A model generated the notes under the pieces. The model ran no database searches, was not told the origin of the DNA, and saw only the letters and a list, made by a program, of their open reading frames with translations. Below, piece after piece: positions 1-9,512 of a stretch of DNA of 38,200 nt. A program made the translations under genes and the position numbers. Every line of letters starts with the position of its first letter. Positions within the stretch are counted from its first letter, which is position 1. The stretch is from Hydrurus foetidus (lineage: Eukaryota), in the NCBI GenBank assembly GCA_900617105.1, contig UYFQ01000763.1:1-38200 (forward strand). The letters are read 5' to 3'.

Positions 1-105
1 GCTTGTACACACAAGACTTGCAACTCTTCATGCGGGTGTTCTACAAGCTCAGCGACGGCAGTTGCTCAGCTTGCTTCCGATGAGTCCATACTACGCACCA
101 CCAAT

Positions 106-3100
106 TTGACAACACTAGTGTTGCCACTTCCGCGTCAGAATGGATCTGGTGTAAAAACCAAAAGGCGTAAGAGAGTAGCTACTCTTACACCCTCATCCAT
201 AACACCAACCGAAACGCGTGGTATTGCGGCAGCTCTACTTAGGGAGGAAGACGAAGACCTCCCTGAGGTCGGTCTTTCCGTGATAAGGAAGGGATCGACT
301 ACAAGTCGAAGGATACCTTCGCTCCTTTTCAAGACAATCAAAACAACGATTCGATGTACTTAATTGATTTAATACATATCGATGGTACACCAACTGAGAT
401 TGCCGAAATTAAAGCGATTTGCATAAAACACAAATCGCTTTTCAAAAACGAGCTGGGTCCAGAACCCGCTCGAATTCCTCCTTTTGATTTCAAAAAGGTA
501 AACATACCTCAATGGAAACACTTCCGTAATCGGGGTGCTCCCAGAGTCGCTTCAACGATGCGACAAGAGGAAATCAGAAAACAAATCGTAGCAATGCTCA
601 AAAAGGGAATAATAAAACCATCGGATGCCTCATATTACTCCCAAGTAATTCTTGCAAATAAACCAGACGGTTCACTCCGATTCTGCATAGATTACAGGAA
701 CCTCAATGAGGCAACTGAATCTGCAAGTTGGCCGATCCCAAATATAAAACAAATGTTATACAGACTTGGCGCCCAACGGCCAAACGTATTCGGCGTAATC
801 GACCTTACGGCCGGATACCACCAAGCCCCAATAACACTGGCGGCACAAGTATTTACCGCATTTATAACATTTATGGGTATATACCAATTCACATGACTAC
901 TATTCGGTCCCAAGATGGCCCCATCATACTTTCAACAGGTGATGGCGTCAATAGTACTACTTGGCCTTATATACAGCATCTGTGAAGTCTATTTAGACGA
1001 CATCATCATATATGCTGATGGACACATCCAATTCTGTGAACGTTTAGAAACATTGTTTCAACGTCTAGAAGATAAAAACATTTCACTCAAAGCTGCAAAG
1101 CTAAGACTTAACGTCAAAGTAGTTGAATATGTAGGTAGACAAATATCTAAGGAAGGTATATCAATGAGCTCCAAAAAGATAACGGGTGTGACTGACTTTC
1201 CGATGCCAAGAAAGACAACTGAACTACGTTCGTTCCTCGGTCTCACCAATTACTTTAGGGATCATGTACCAAATCACTCTAATGTGGTAGCACCGCTACA
1301 CAAAATGATAGATCACGCCGCCAAAAAGCAAACATTGCTTGTCTGGACAGACGAAGCGGCCGACGCGTTTACGTTAGTCAAAGATCTTATCTCTAAGAGT
1401 CCCTTATTATATTTCATCGACGATGTAGCACCTATTACCCTCATGACAGATGCGTCTGACTACGGCATAGGTGGTTATTTATATCAAGAAGTCGACGGAG
1501 TAAAACAACTCGTCGCTCTCGTTAGCAAATCTCTTACCAAGACCCAGTTGAAATGGTCCGTAATACAAAAAGAGGCTTACGCCCTTTACTTTTGCTGTGA
1601 CTATCTCGACGCCCTGCTACGAGATCGTAAGTTTACTATCCTGACCGATCACAAAAATCTTACTTTCCTGCACAAGGATAAAAATGAGATGGTCGGAAGA
1701 TGGCGCTGTGCGCTACAGGAATTAGACTTTACGATAGGGTATGTCCCTGGGAAAAATAATGAAGTCGCTGACGCAATGTCACGCCTATGTAAAAACAAGA
1801 TGCCGAAACACATCATAACAGCAATCCTTACTTGCAAACCGATTGCAGCGGAAATATATGCATACTTAATGCGTGCCCACAACTCTACCGTTGGGCACGG
1901 AGGATTCAATCGCACTTTGCGAAACCTAAAAAAAATAGGGAAAGTATGGGAAGGCATGAGACACGATATAAGAGCATACATTAAACAATGCCCGTGTTGC
2001 CAAAAGATGTCTGCTGACAAACAAAAACCCGTCACCCATCGTTTCACAACATCAACATATGCACCTATGGAATGCATAAACATAGACTTTATTGGTCCAT
2101 TCCCGGATAAAGGATACATCCTTGTTATGGTAGACACCTTCACAAGGTTTGTCGAACTATCAGCCACAACTGATAATACTGCAAAATCGGCCGTAACAGG
2201 CCTAATAGAACACATCGGTCGCTACGGAGCTCCCAAATTCCTGCGATCCGATAACGGTTCCCATTTCGTAAACAAAATCCTCGAGGAATTTGTAAAAGTT
2301 GCCGGTACAACACACAACCTTATTCTACCATACTCTTCGCAAGAAAACTCGATAGTAGAGCGTATGAATAAGGAAATTAACCGACACATCACGGCATTTA
2401 CATTTGACCGTGCAACTACGGAAAACTACCGAGAAATTTTACCATTCGTACAACGAATTATAAATACGACATTCAACGTACGGACACAGTCAACAGCAGC
2501 AAAGCTTATATACGGCAATGCTATTGACCTTGATGCCAACATCCTTCTCCCTCGAGATGAGATAAACTTAGACATGACTCATGTCACCCATTCTACTGAG
2601 AAAATTATGCAGATGCAAGATGAACTCATCAGAATCACTGCTGAACTACTCAAAGAAGCCGACGAGAAACGAAAAGCAGGCGGTTCCACCGACTACACAA
2701 CGTTCGAAATCGACTCGTTGGTGCTGGTTACCCACCGGACGTCAAAACCAACACACATGCACACTTTATGGAAAGGTCCCATGCAGGTGGTCGCTAACGA
2801 TCTCGAAGAGTATACCCTACTCGATCTTATTACCAACCGCGAAAGAAGATATGTATCAAATATTAAACAATTTGAGTTTGACCCCACGAAGGTCAACCCA
2901 ACCGATATCGCCCGACGAGATTATCTCGAGTTCTTTATCGAAGATATCCTAGCAATGGAAGGAAACATCCGAGTCGTGGGAACATTAAAGTTTCACGTCA
3001 AGTGGCTAAACTATCCCAACGACAGAAACACTTGGGAACCGTGGAAAAACATGCGTGACGCTGAAAAAGTCCACGAGTTCTTAATTGCTAAAAACCTAAA

Positions 3101-3140
3101 ACACTTGATTCCAAGTAAATTCGCTGAAAATTATCGTTAA
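106..3140 (+). pseudogene. pol: gypsy pol (RT, RNase H, integrase, chromodomain), disrupted
   Basis: Motifs LRFCIDYRNLN, IDLTAGYHQ, VYLDDIII, LMTDASDYGIGG, GHGG...CPCCQK, INIDFIGP/LRSDNGSHF/NSIVERMN and FHVKWLNY...TWEP. ORFs 354-896 and 915-3140 are in the same frame, split by TGA at 894-896 (expected R of the R-x-P-F-G motif). Probable frameshift near 275-280. Confidence 0.93.
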
Positions 3141-3277
3141 CCGATATACAGTATAACATATAGGTTTATAAAAAAAAAAAAAAAAAAACTCAATGTTCAA
3201 CGTGAAATAGTAGTTATATGTTAGTATTTAAGCATAGATAAATTGTTCATGAAAAATTTAGTACACCCTTTTTTTTC

Positions 3278-3289
3278 GAGAGAGGGAGA
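3278..3289 (+). other. polypurine tract of gypsy copy A
   Basis: GAGAGAGGGAGA ends 4 nt before the 3' LTR TG. Confidence 0.8.
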
Positions 3290-3293
3290 CCAT

Positions 3294-3510
3294 TGTGACC
3301 CGCACAGCTGTACAGCTGTACGGGTACCGGCGTACGTTCGGTTCGGATCGGGGACGATCCGAGCCATCCGATTCATGGCTTGCCTATCTCTGTGTTTATC
3401 TGTAAGCTAAACACATCTTTAGCCAATAGCACCAGCACCATAGCTGCCTTCCTCTTGCCCCCGCGCCCGTGTCCCATCAGTCCCACCGCCGAGCCCATAG
3501 TTAGGCCACA
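3294..3510 (+). repeat. 3' LTR of gypsy copy A (217 bp)
   Basis: Starts TGTGACC and ends GGCCACA (imperfect terminal inverted repeat). About 90% identical by eye to 34879-35095. Confidence 0.92.
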
Positions 3511-5623
3511 CCACGAATGGCTTTTGCGTATGTTAGCGGAGATTCGTCGGCCGCAAGGTTTAGGGATGACACAGCTGAGGCTGATGTTGCACTAGTTCTA
3601 CTTCGTGTCACCGGTGCTTCAGGTCGCGTTTTCAACAGCGGCATTTTCTGAGCGGGGAAAGGAATATCTGGTGCGATAACTTCTGTAACTGTCGCGACAC
3701 ACGGTGCATGGGTGCTGATAGGGCTAGGCTGCAGAGCAGCTTCTATGACCTGACTATCGGTCGAATCAGACACTGGTAGGGGTAGTGGCGGTACGCTCGT
3801 GGGCTCTGATGAAAGCACCCTCTGTTCCTCGGCCGTGTGCGCTATGCGATGTGGTAATAGGTCTGGCGTATTTTCAGTCGGAGTGATGTCGAGTGCAGGA
3901 ATAGGTTCATGTGTTGGGGCGATGTCGTTTCCTGTCGGTATTTCCCGAACGTCTTCAATTGAAGCTGTAGGTGACGCAGTGTGTGGACAGAACGATTGAA
4001 CGAATGCTGTCAGATCGGCGAGCATTGTGTGCGGCGGATCATTTAATTGTCGTAGGTGCGCTGTTTCTGGGTGCGCCGCTGCTAACGTTGATATTGCACC
4101 TGCCAGATCTTTGATTGCAGCGATTGCAATGTCGTGCGGTCCGATGTTTGGTAGCAATGGTTTGTCCAGTAACCACGCTAGTGTATCTGTAACTCGTATG
4201 GATTGGGTGTCTACTGCCCAAACGCTGAAGCAGTGATAATGCTGTTGTGCTGGTCCGAGATAAAAGCCGAGTACACCATGCGACGCCCATGTACCACGAG
4301 CAGTGGGCTTATCGTGGATGATGACCTTGGTTCCTGCGGGTTCTATCGGATGCGCTCGAAAGTCGAATTGGCGGCCATGAAGTCCTTCGTACGCAGAAAT
4401 GTTTGGATTTGGGCCGTAAGGTAGAAGGTGGTTCAGACAAAGTTCTGCTTGAGGAAGAAGTTTGTCCCACAAGGTCATCGGAAAATCATTTGCCACTGTG
4501 CATAGAGTCGAGATAAAATGGTTCTTAAACGTCCTGATGGCACGTTCCGCTTTCAGTGATCTGTGTTGACCTGGTGGGCAATATTGTATTTGAATGTTGT
4601 TCTTCGCTGCAAAGGTCTCTAGTGCTGTGGACGTTTCGTTGAAAAGTCTTTGGAACAGCGGTTTGTGGCCAGCTCTATCCCAGAAGTTCATTGTGTTCCT
4701 GTAAGCGTTCACGTAATTGGATTTGTGACGTGATGCGATGGGTTCACAATGGATATATCCATCTAGAACTGAGATAAATACGTATTCGGATCCGGATAAT
4801 GCCTTGATAGGAAATCTGCCCGTTAAATCCGAATGCGCCGTTTGTGACAGAGATAGCGTCTTTGTGAAGACGGTTCCGCGCGGTAGAGGTGGATTCTCAA
4901 CTTGATCTGCATCATCAGGGTGTTCGTCCTCCGAGGTAGAGTCGAGACCCTGACAGTGTTGATCGAGGTGTCCCCTGGCTGTTGCTGCTGTCAGGGAGAG
5001 GTATGAGGTAATCATGGTGCTTGTTAACCGTGGGTATGATGCCAGATAGCCTTTCGCACTGCGCGAAGTAGGGTGGACAGTACTGGGCTGCCGAGTGCAG
5101 TATGTATGAACGTTGCAAAAGCTGCATCAGTGTCACTGCGGAGTATGGCTGATGCTGATGTGGCGACTGTAGGTGTTCCGAGTTGGACGTTCCATAAGTG
5201 GTCGGACTTGTCTTTCCTGTGGTGCAGTACAGTGTGTCCATCCTTGGTGACGTGGACGTCCTCACTAGTGAAGGTGGCTATGCATCCATTGTTACACAGC
5301 TCTGAAATGCTGACGAGTGAAACGTCTAGAGTGGCGTCAGGAAATATATGCGCTGTAAGTGGAACAGATAGATTGGGCAACCACAAGTCTCCAGCCGACG
5401 TAGAGCAGATGGTGTCACCGTTAGGTAGTGCAACGCGGATGTTGTTGTCATGACGCACGTTACGTAGGTGTGCTGCGTCCGTTTCTCGGAGTAGAATGTG
5501 GGAAGAACCAGTGTCAGCACACGGTAGGTGGGGAGCAGAGTGGGCCGATGAAGGTAAGACTGTTGGATCTGAACGAGTTTGGTTTAAGTTACCGTCCAAA
5601 ATCTTACTTTCACGGCCTACTTG
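3511..5623 (-). pseudogene. pol: copia pol (protease-integrase), frameshifted and truncated
   Basis: In frame with gag after the TGA. A 1-nt frameshift near 5050 (VRK/GYLASYPRLT; compare IRAGYLSSWPRLT in the inner element) joins ORFs 5024-5599 and 3501-5015. Confidence 0.88.
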
Positions 5624-5626
5624 TCA
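5543..5626 (-). promoter_or_regulatory. putative stop-codon readthrough signal (UGA CAA GUA plus long 3' hairpin)
   Basis: In-frame TGA at 5624-5626, a 6-nt spacer, then arms 5594-5617 and 5543-5569 that are near-perfect reverse complements. Confidence 0.7.
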
Positions 5627-6673
5627 TAGTTTGTGTGTGGAGCCATTGGCTACGTCGGTGTGATTGTTGGCTGTTTTCATTGCCGCTGTGTATTCCGGTA
5701 AAGATGCCATTTGACGGCACTGTGCACTGCTGTGCGAGTTGTAACCGTGTTTGAAACAGTAAGGTCGATTGGATGAATTGCCTTGGTTGTTTGCTTTCAC
5801 CTTGTTAGGTAAGGCAGCTGAAATTCTTTTATCTATGTACGCTGCAAACGCCGCTGACTCGAAGTATGCTGGTGTTGTATCTGTTGTAGCCGATAATGAC
5901 GCTGCGTATCCGAGGTCGATGGGTACTGAAACAAAGTTCGGAGCTTGCTCGGTGATATGGTCGACGAGTTTCAAGAAGGTTTGCTGTGCGATATGTGGAT
6001 GAGCTGTCAAATATGACGTGGTTGCTGTTGTGTACGAGATGTTAGACCCAATGGCGGCCCGCAAGTATCGACATTTATCAACCTCGGAGAGTCCCTGGTT
6101 GGCGGAAGAGAACTGGACGTGGATCAAGCGATGCTGTGCTGCTAATTCAGAAAAGGTTCTCATGCCAATTTTGACGTTAAGCTCGGTGCGGAACGCATCG
6201 AAGTCGGATGCTAAGAAGGTTCCATAACGTTCCCGTAGGTGGTCTAGTAGCTGTTGACAAGATATTGCCACCAGGCCGAAGAAGGGGTCGCTGAGTTCGT
6301 TTCTGTCAGCGTCGGATAAATTGCTGATGATTGCATTTTTCAGGACTCGAAGTGCTTCCGAAATTGCCGAGTTGCGTCTCAAGGTGATTTCATATTGCTT
6401 TAGGTTGGCAGCTAATGCACCCAACTCTGGTGGAGGCGTGAAGATTATGGTCGGTCGATCTGCGATGATAATTTCCCCTTCGTTTTCAGGGTCATCGACT
6501 GCGTTTCCTGGAAGCATGGCCCTCTGTGCCTCTGAAACGCAAAATCCCAGAAGGCCGTTCGGCCCCATATTTTCCTGGCATCTACTGCCAAACGCTGTGT
6601 TGGTCGCTCTCAAAAAGGCTTGCATGCTCTGCCTTGTGCTTGCTTTGATGTCTGGTAGGCAGACTTCTGTCAT
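5624..6673 (-). CDS. gag: copia Gag (349 aa) with C-terminal C-X2-H-X4-H-X4-C knuckle
   Basis: Intact ORF starting 15 nt after the LTR. Shares DRNELSDP, HLRERYGT and YCFKHGYNSHSSAQC-type motifs with Gag at 19392-20528. Confidence 0.88.
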   Translation of the reverse strand: MTEVCLPDIKASTRQSMQAFLRATNTAFGSRCQENMGPNGLLGFCVSEAQRAMLPGNAVDDPENEGEIIIADRPTIIFTPPPELGALAANLKQYEITLRRNSAISEALRVLKNAIISNLSDADRNELSDPFFGLVAISCQQLLDHLRERYGTFLASDFDAFRTELNVKIGMRTFSELAAQHRLIHVQFSSANQGLSEVDKCRYLRAAIGSNISYTTATTSYLTAHPHIAQQTFLKLVDHITEQAPNFVSVPIDLGYAASLSATTDTTPAYFESAAFAAYIDKRISAALPNKVKANNQGNSSNRPYCFKHGYNSHSSAQCRQMASLPEYTAAMKTANNHTDVANGSTHKL

Positions 6674-6688
6674 TTGATCTCACTCAAC

Positions 6689-6989
6689 TGTTGATACTGA
6701 GGGATCAACTGGTCTGAATCGAAGATCGTGATTCAATTTGGTTGAGTTAGATTATGTCAAAATGGTGCAGATGATCATGTGATGCAGCAGAGAAGCAATT
6801 ACCAATCGGTGATTTGTCAGTTGTCCGTAAGTGTACAATGTTCAGTGGTTGCGTATACGACTTCTACATCGTGAGATTGCTCTCTACTGTGTTTGTCGTG
6901 CAGAGATTCAAGTCTTTGTCTTGGCGAAGAAAAGCGGATTGTTTCTCCAAGTTCCGCATGCGGTGCGTACAAGTCTTGTTGTATCAACA
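6689..6989 (-). repeat. 5' LTR of copia element 1 (301 bp)
   Basis: Bounded by a perfect 9-bp terminal inverted repeat TGTTGATAC...GTATCAACA, directly upstream of gag. The partner LTR is outside the window. Confidence 0.8.
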
Positions 6990-7430
6990 CCGGGAACCGG
7001 GAACCTCAGAGTGGGGCAAACTACAAACTATTTGAATAATATTTGCAAATGATGGTGGTGCTGGAATATTACTATTTGAATATTTATCATGAATAATACA
7101 GTTAATGACAGACATATCGGAAATCTGAGCTGCACAGCTTCTGAAGATGAGCCATGACATCAGGCAAGCAGACAAAGGCAACATCATTACGCACAATGAC
7201 ACGTCAAGTAGTGATGCAAATGATGGTGGTGCTGGCTACGGTCAACGGGCTGATTTTGCTATCCTCCTCCGAGAATTCGGTCGATGACACATTGGTGGGT
7301 CGATGGCACATTTGTGACGAAAAAAAAATGCAAGGGTTTACCCCTTTCCACGACGGAAACCAAGTTCAAAAATGGGTTAGAAGGCAAATATAAAAAGGAG
7401 TAGGCAAAAGTCCGTTGATTGCGCTATCTG

Positions 7431-7845
7431 GAAGCGAGGGAGGATTCGCCGAAGTGGAATCTCCCGTTGTAGACAGATGGCCGACGAGCGATGGCCAAAG
7501 AATTATGGCCAGAGAGTTCTAGCCAATAAATGATGGCGAAGAAATGACGGCGCTCTCCACGGACAACGTCGGAAGTTCATTAACGCGAACTTGATGGCCT
7601 CGGCAATTCTCGAAGAAGAATTGCCGGCAGTTGAATGATCTCGAAGCGAGGGAGGATTCGCCGACGTAGAAGCTCCCGTTGTAATAGGTGACCAAGAAAT
7701 GATGGCGCTTTCCATAGACAACGTCGGAAATCCGTTAACGCGGGGGAAGTTGATGGCCTCGGTAATTCTCGAAGATGAATTGCCAGCAGTTGGATAATCT
7801 CGAGGCGAGGGAGGATTCGCCGAGTTGGAATCTCCCGCTGTAACT
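7431..7845. repeat. imperfect tandem repeat (two ~157-bp units plus a partial third)
   Basis: GCGAGGGAGGATTCGCCGA-type core near 7434, 7646 and 7805. Segment 7541-7664 aligns with 7696-7823. Confidence 0.75.
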
Positions 7846-8533
7846 GACGATGGCGATGAGGCGTGGACGAAATTGGAGAAAGGCTCTTCGCGGAGAAAAG
7901 TCCAGCGGAGAAAGGCTTTTCGCCTCGACAGCTGCTGCCAGATATCACAGAGTTCGACACAGTATTTATAGCATCAAATCTCGGGATTTTGAGATCTGTG
8001 GAGTTTGGTGCTGCTAAACTACTTTTCGACTAAAGAGTCGAGTCACAGATTCCAGCTATGACTACTCGTGGACGGATGTCACGATGTCGTGGGATTCTCT
8101 GGATGTAAATGATTGAATGTTGCGCTGTAGCAGCTGCTGTAGGCTGTAGGGTAGTTAGCCATTGCTACGTCCACACAGTGGAGATGTACGTACAGAACCT
8201 GTGTGTGCAAAGTAGACACCAAAGTAGACATCTCTACATGGTCACTGGCCGAGGGGTCTCCAGATTTCTTGTCTAAATCCCAGAATCCCAGATTTTCAAA
8301 TCCTAAATCTGGGGGTCTGGGTTTCTGGGAATAAACGGTGTCACCCAATGAAAAGAATTTCAAAAATATAACCGGGGATATCACAAAGCCTACGGCAGTT
8401 ACGGTCGGTTCGTTATGCAAAGCATACACCAAATTATTACAACCCAACTCCGAACTCTTGTTTCTTGCGAGTTGGAAGAGGGCCAATTACGACGACAAAT
8501 GTAGCGATCATCAACTTCCAGCTGTCATGTTCG

Positions 8534-9060
8534 ATGGGTCTCAGGAATTATTTGATATCCGCGCGGTTTCTCACGACTGTTGGCCACATTACAAATGTGT
8601 TTCTTCTCTTCGCAACGATCGAAAACAACATCCAGGTCATTCTTGGTGATGGCGCATCGACAGCTCAGCAATCGTTGGCCTATCGATCATCTATGGCAGC
8701 TTTAGTATTCAGCATTATTTGCTTCGCCATTGACTTCAGCGGATTATTTTTTGGGACTTCTCTATTTAATCCAATGGTAAGTCAAACTCTGTCCATTCCT
8801 CGACCAAAAATGCAATTGTTACATGAATCAACTTGAGGGGTGAAATCAATATAACGGGATCGTTTGCATATGAAATGCAGGTCAATTTGATACAAATACT
8901 CTTTCATTTTGTCGGGGGTGTCTTCCTCTCACTGACTTTGACGGAGAATTTTGGGTACCAAGCTTTGTGGCCGATAGTCATCACTACAAACATTCCTCCA
9001 GCTCTAACGGAAATTTCAATGCTAATCCGGATATATGTCCTAAAATCAACACCTTACTAG
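8534..9060 (+). CDS. TMEM107: Transmembrane protein 107 (ciliary transition-zone protein), 2 exons: 8534-8776 and 8881-9060, 140 aa
   Basis: GT-AG intron 8777-8880. The spliced protein MGLRNYLISARFLTTVGH...NNIQVIL...FSGLFFGTSLFN...PALTEI...VLKSTPY follows the TMEM107 pattern (RFLT..H, NIQ, G.S.FN, PA.TE, C-terminal K..P[FY]), with four hydrophobic segments. Confidence 0.88.
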
Positions 9061-9512
9061 CTAGCAGTGATCGTCTGTCATTTGATGTATCGAAATCGCA
9101 TTGTAGAATGCTCGCCTCCATATGAAGTGGGGAGATGAAAAGAACATATCCAGACCGGACATTCACACTTTCGATTTATTAATTGCGGACTCGATGACTT
9201 TCCTAGATGTAATATGCCTATTTGTGAGAAGAGGTCGCAATGCACGTGCTAGTCGAGATGCCATCCGTCATCTAGTCCGTCCTTCACTGCGAACAGGGGA
9301 GGGGGAGGGAGGGGTCCAGGATGTGTATCTGCCTGTCATATCACATACTCAACAAAGTGTCTGGCATAATCCACGATATGTGAGACAAATAGAATACGGT
9401 GGATGTTTTGCAAAATGTAATTTTGTTGATACAAATTCGTGAAGACAAACTTACAAGAGAAGGAAGACCAGATTTTTCGACTTAAAACCATCCGCCCCGA
9501 TGTTGCGGGAGT

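Larger units (their letters stand above)
1..3510 (+). mobile_element. Ty3/gypsy chromovirus-type LTR retrotransposon, copy A (5' part outside the window)
   Basis: Domain order RT-RNase H-integrase-chromodomain, then a polypurine tract (3278-3289) and a TG...CA LTR (3294-3510) that matches the LTR at 34879-35095. It abuts and truncates the minus-strand copia pol. Confidence 0.95.
3511..6989 (-). mobile_element. Ty1/copia LTR retrotransposon (CoDi-I-like), element 1; 3' part cut off by the gypsy insertion
   Basis: 5' LTR 6689-6989, then gag, protease (ADTGSS) and integrase (SDLTGRFP, RLFNETS, KAERAIRTFKNH). Collinear with and homologous to the element at 19224-24525. It stops at PLTYAKAIRG, where the gypsy LTR begins. 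Confidence 0.92.

Noticed and set aside
894..896. In-frame TGA CTA in gypsy pol as a programmed readthrough site
   Set aside because: It falls inside the RT core at the conserved Arg of R-x-P-F-G (CGA>TGA), next to another apparent C>T change. Stopping here has no regulatory logic, so decay is more likely despite the UGA-CUA context.
3170..3188. Poly(A) run as the tail of a LINE/SINE or retrocopy
   Set aside because: It lies in the gypsy 3' untranslated region between the pol stop and the PPT, with no TSD or separate element body.
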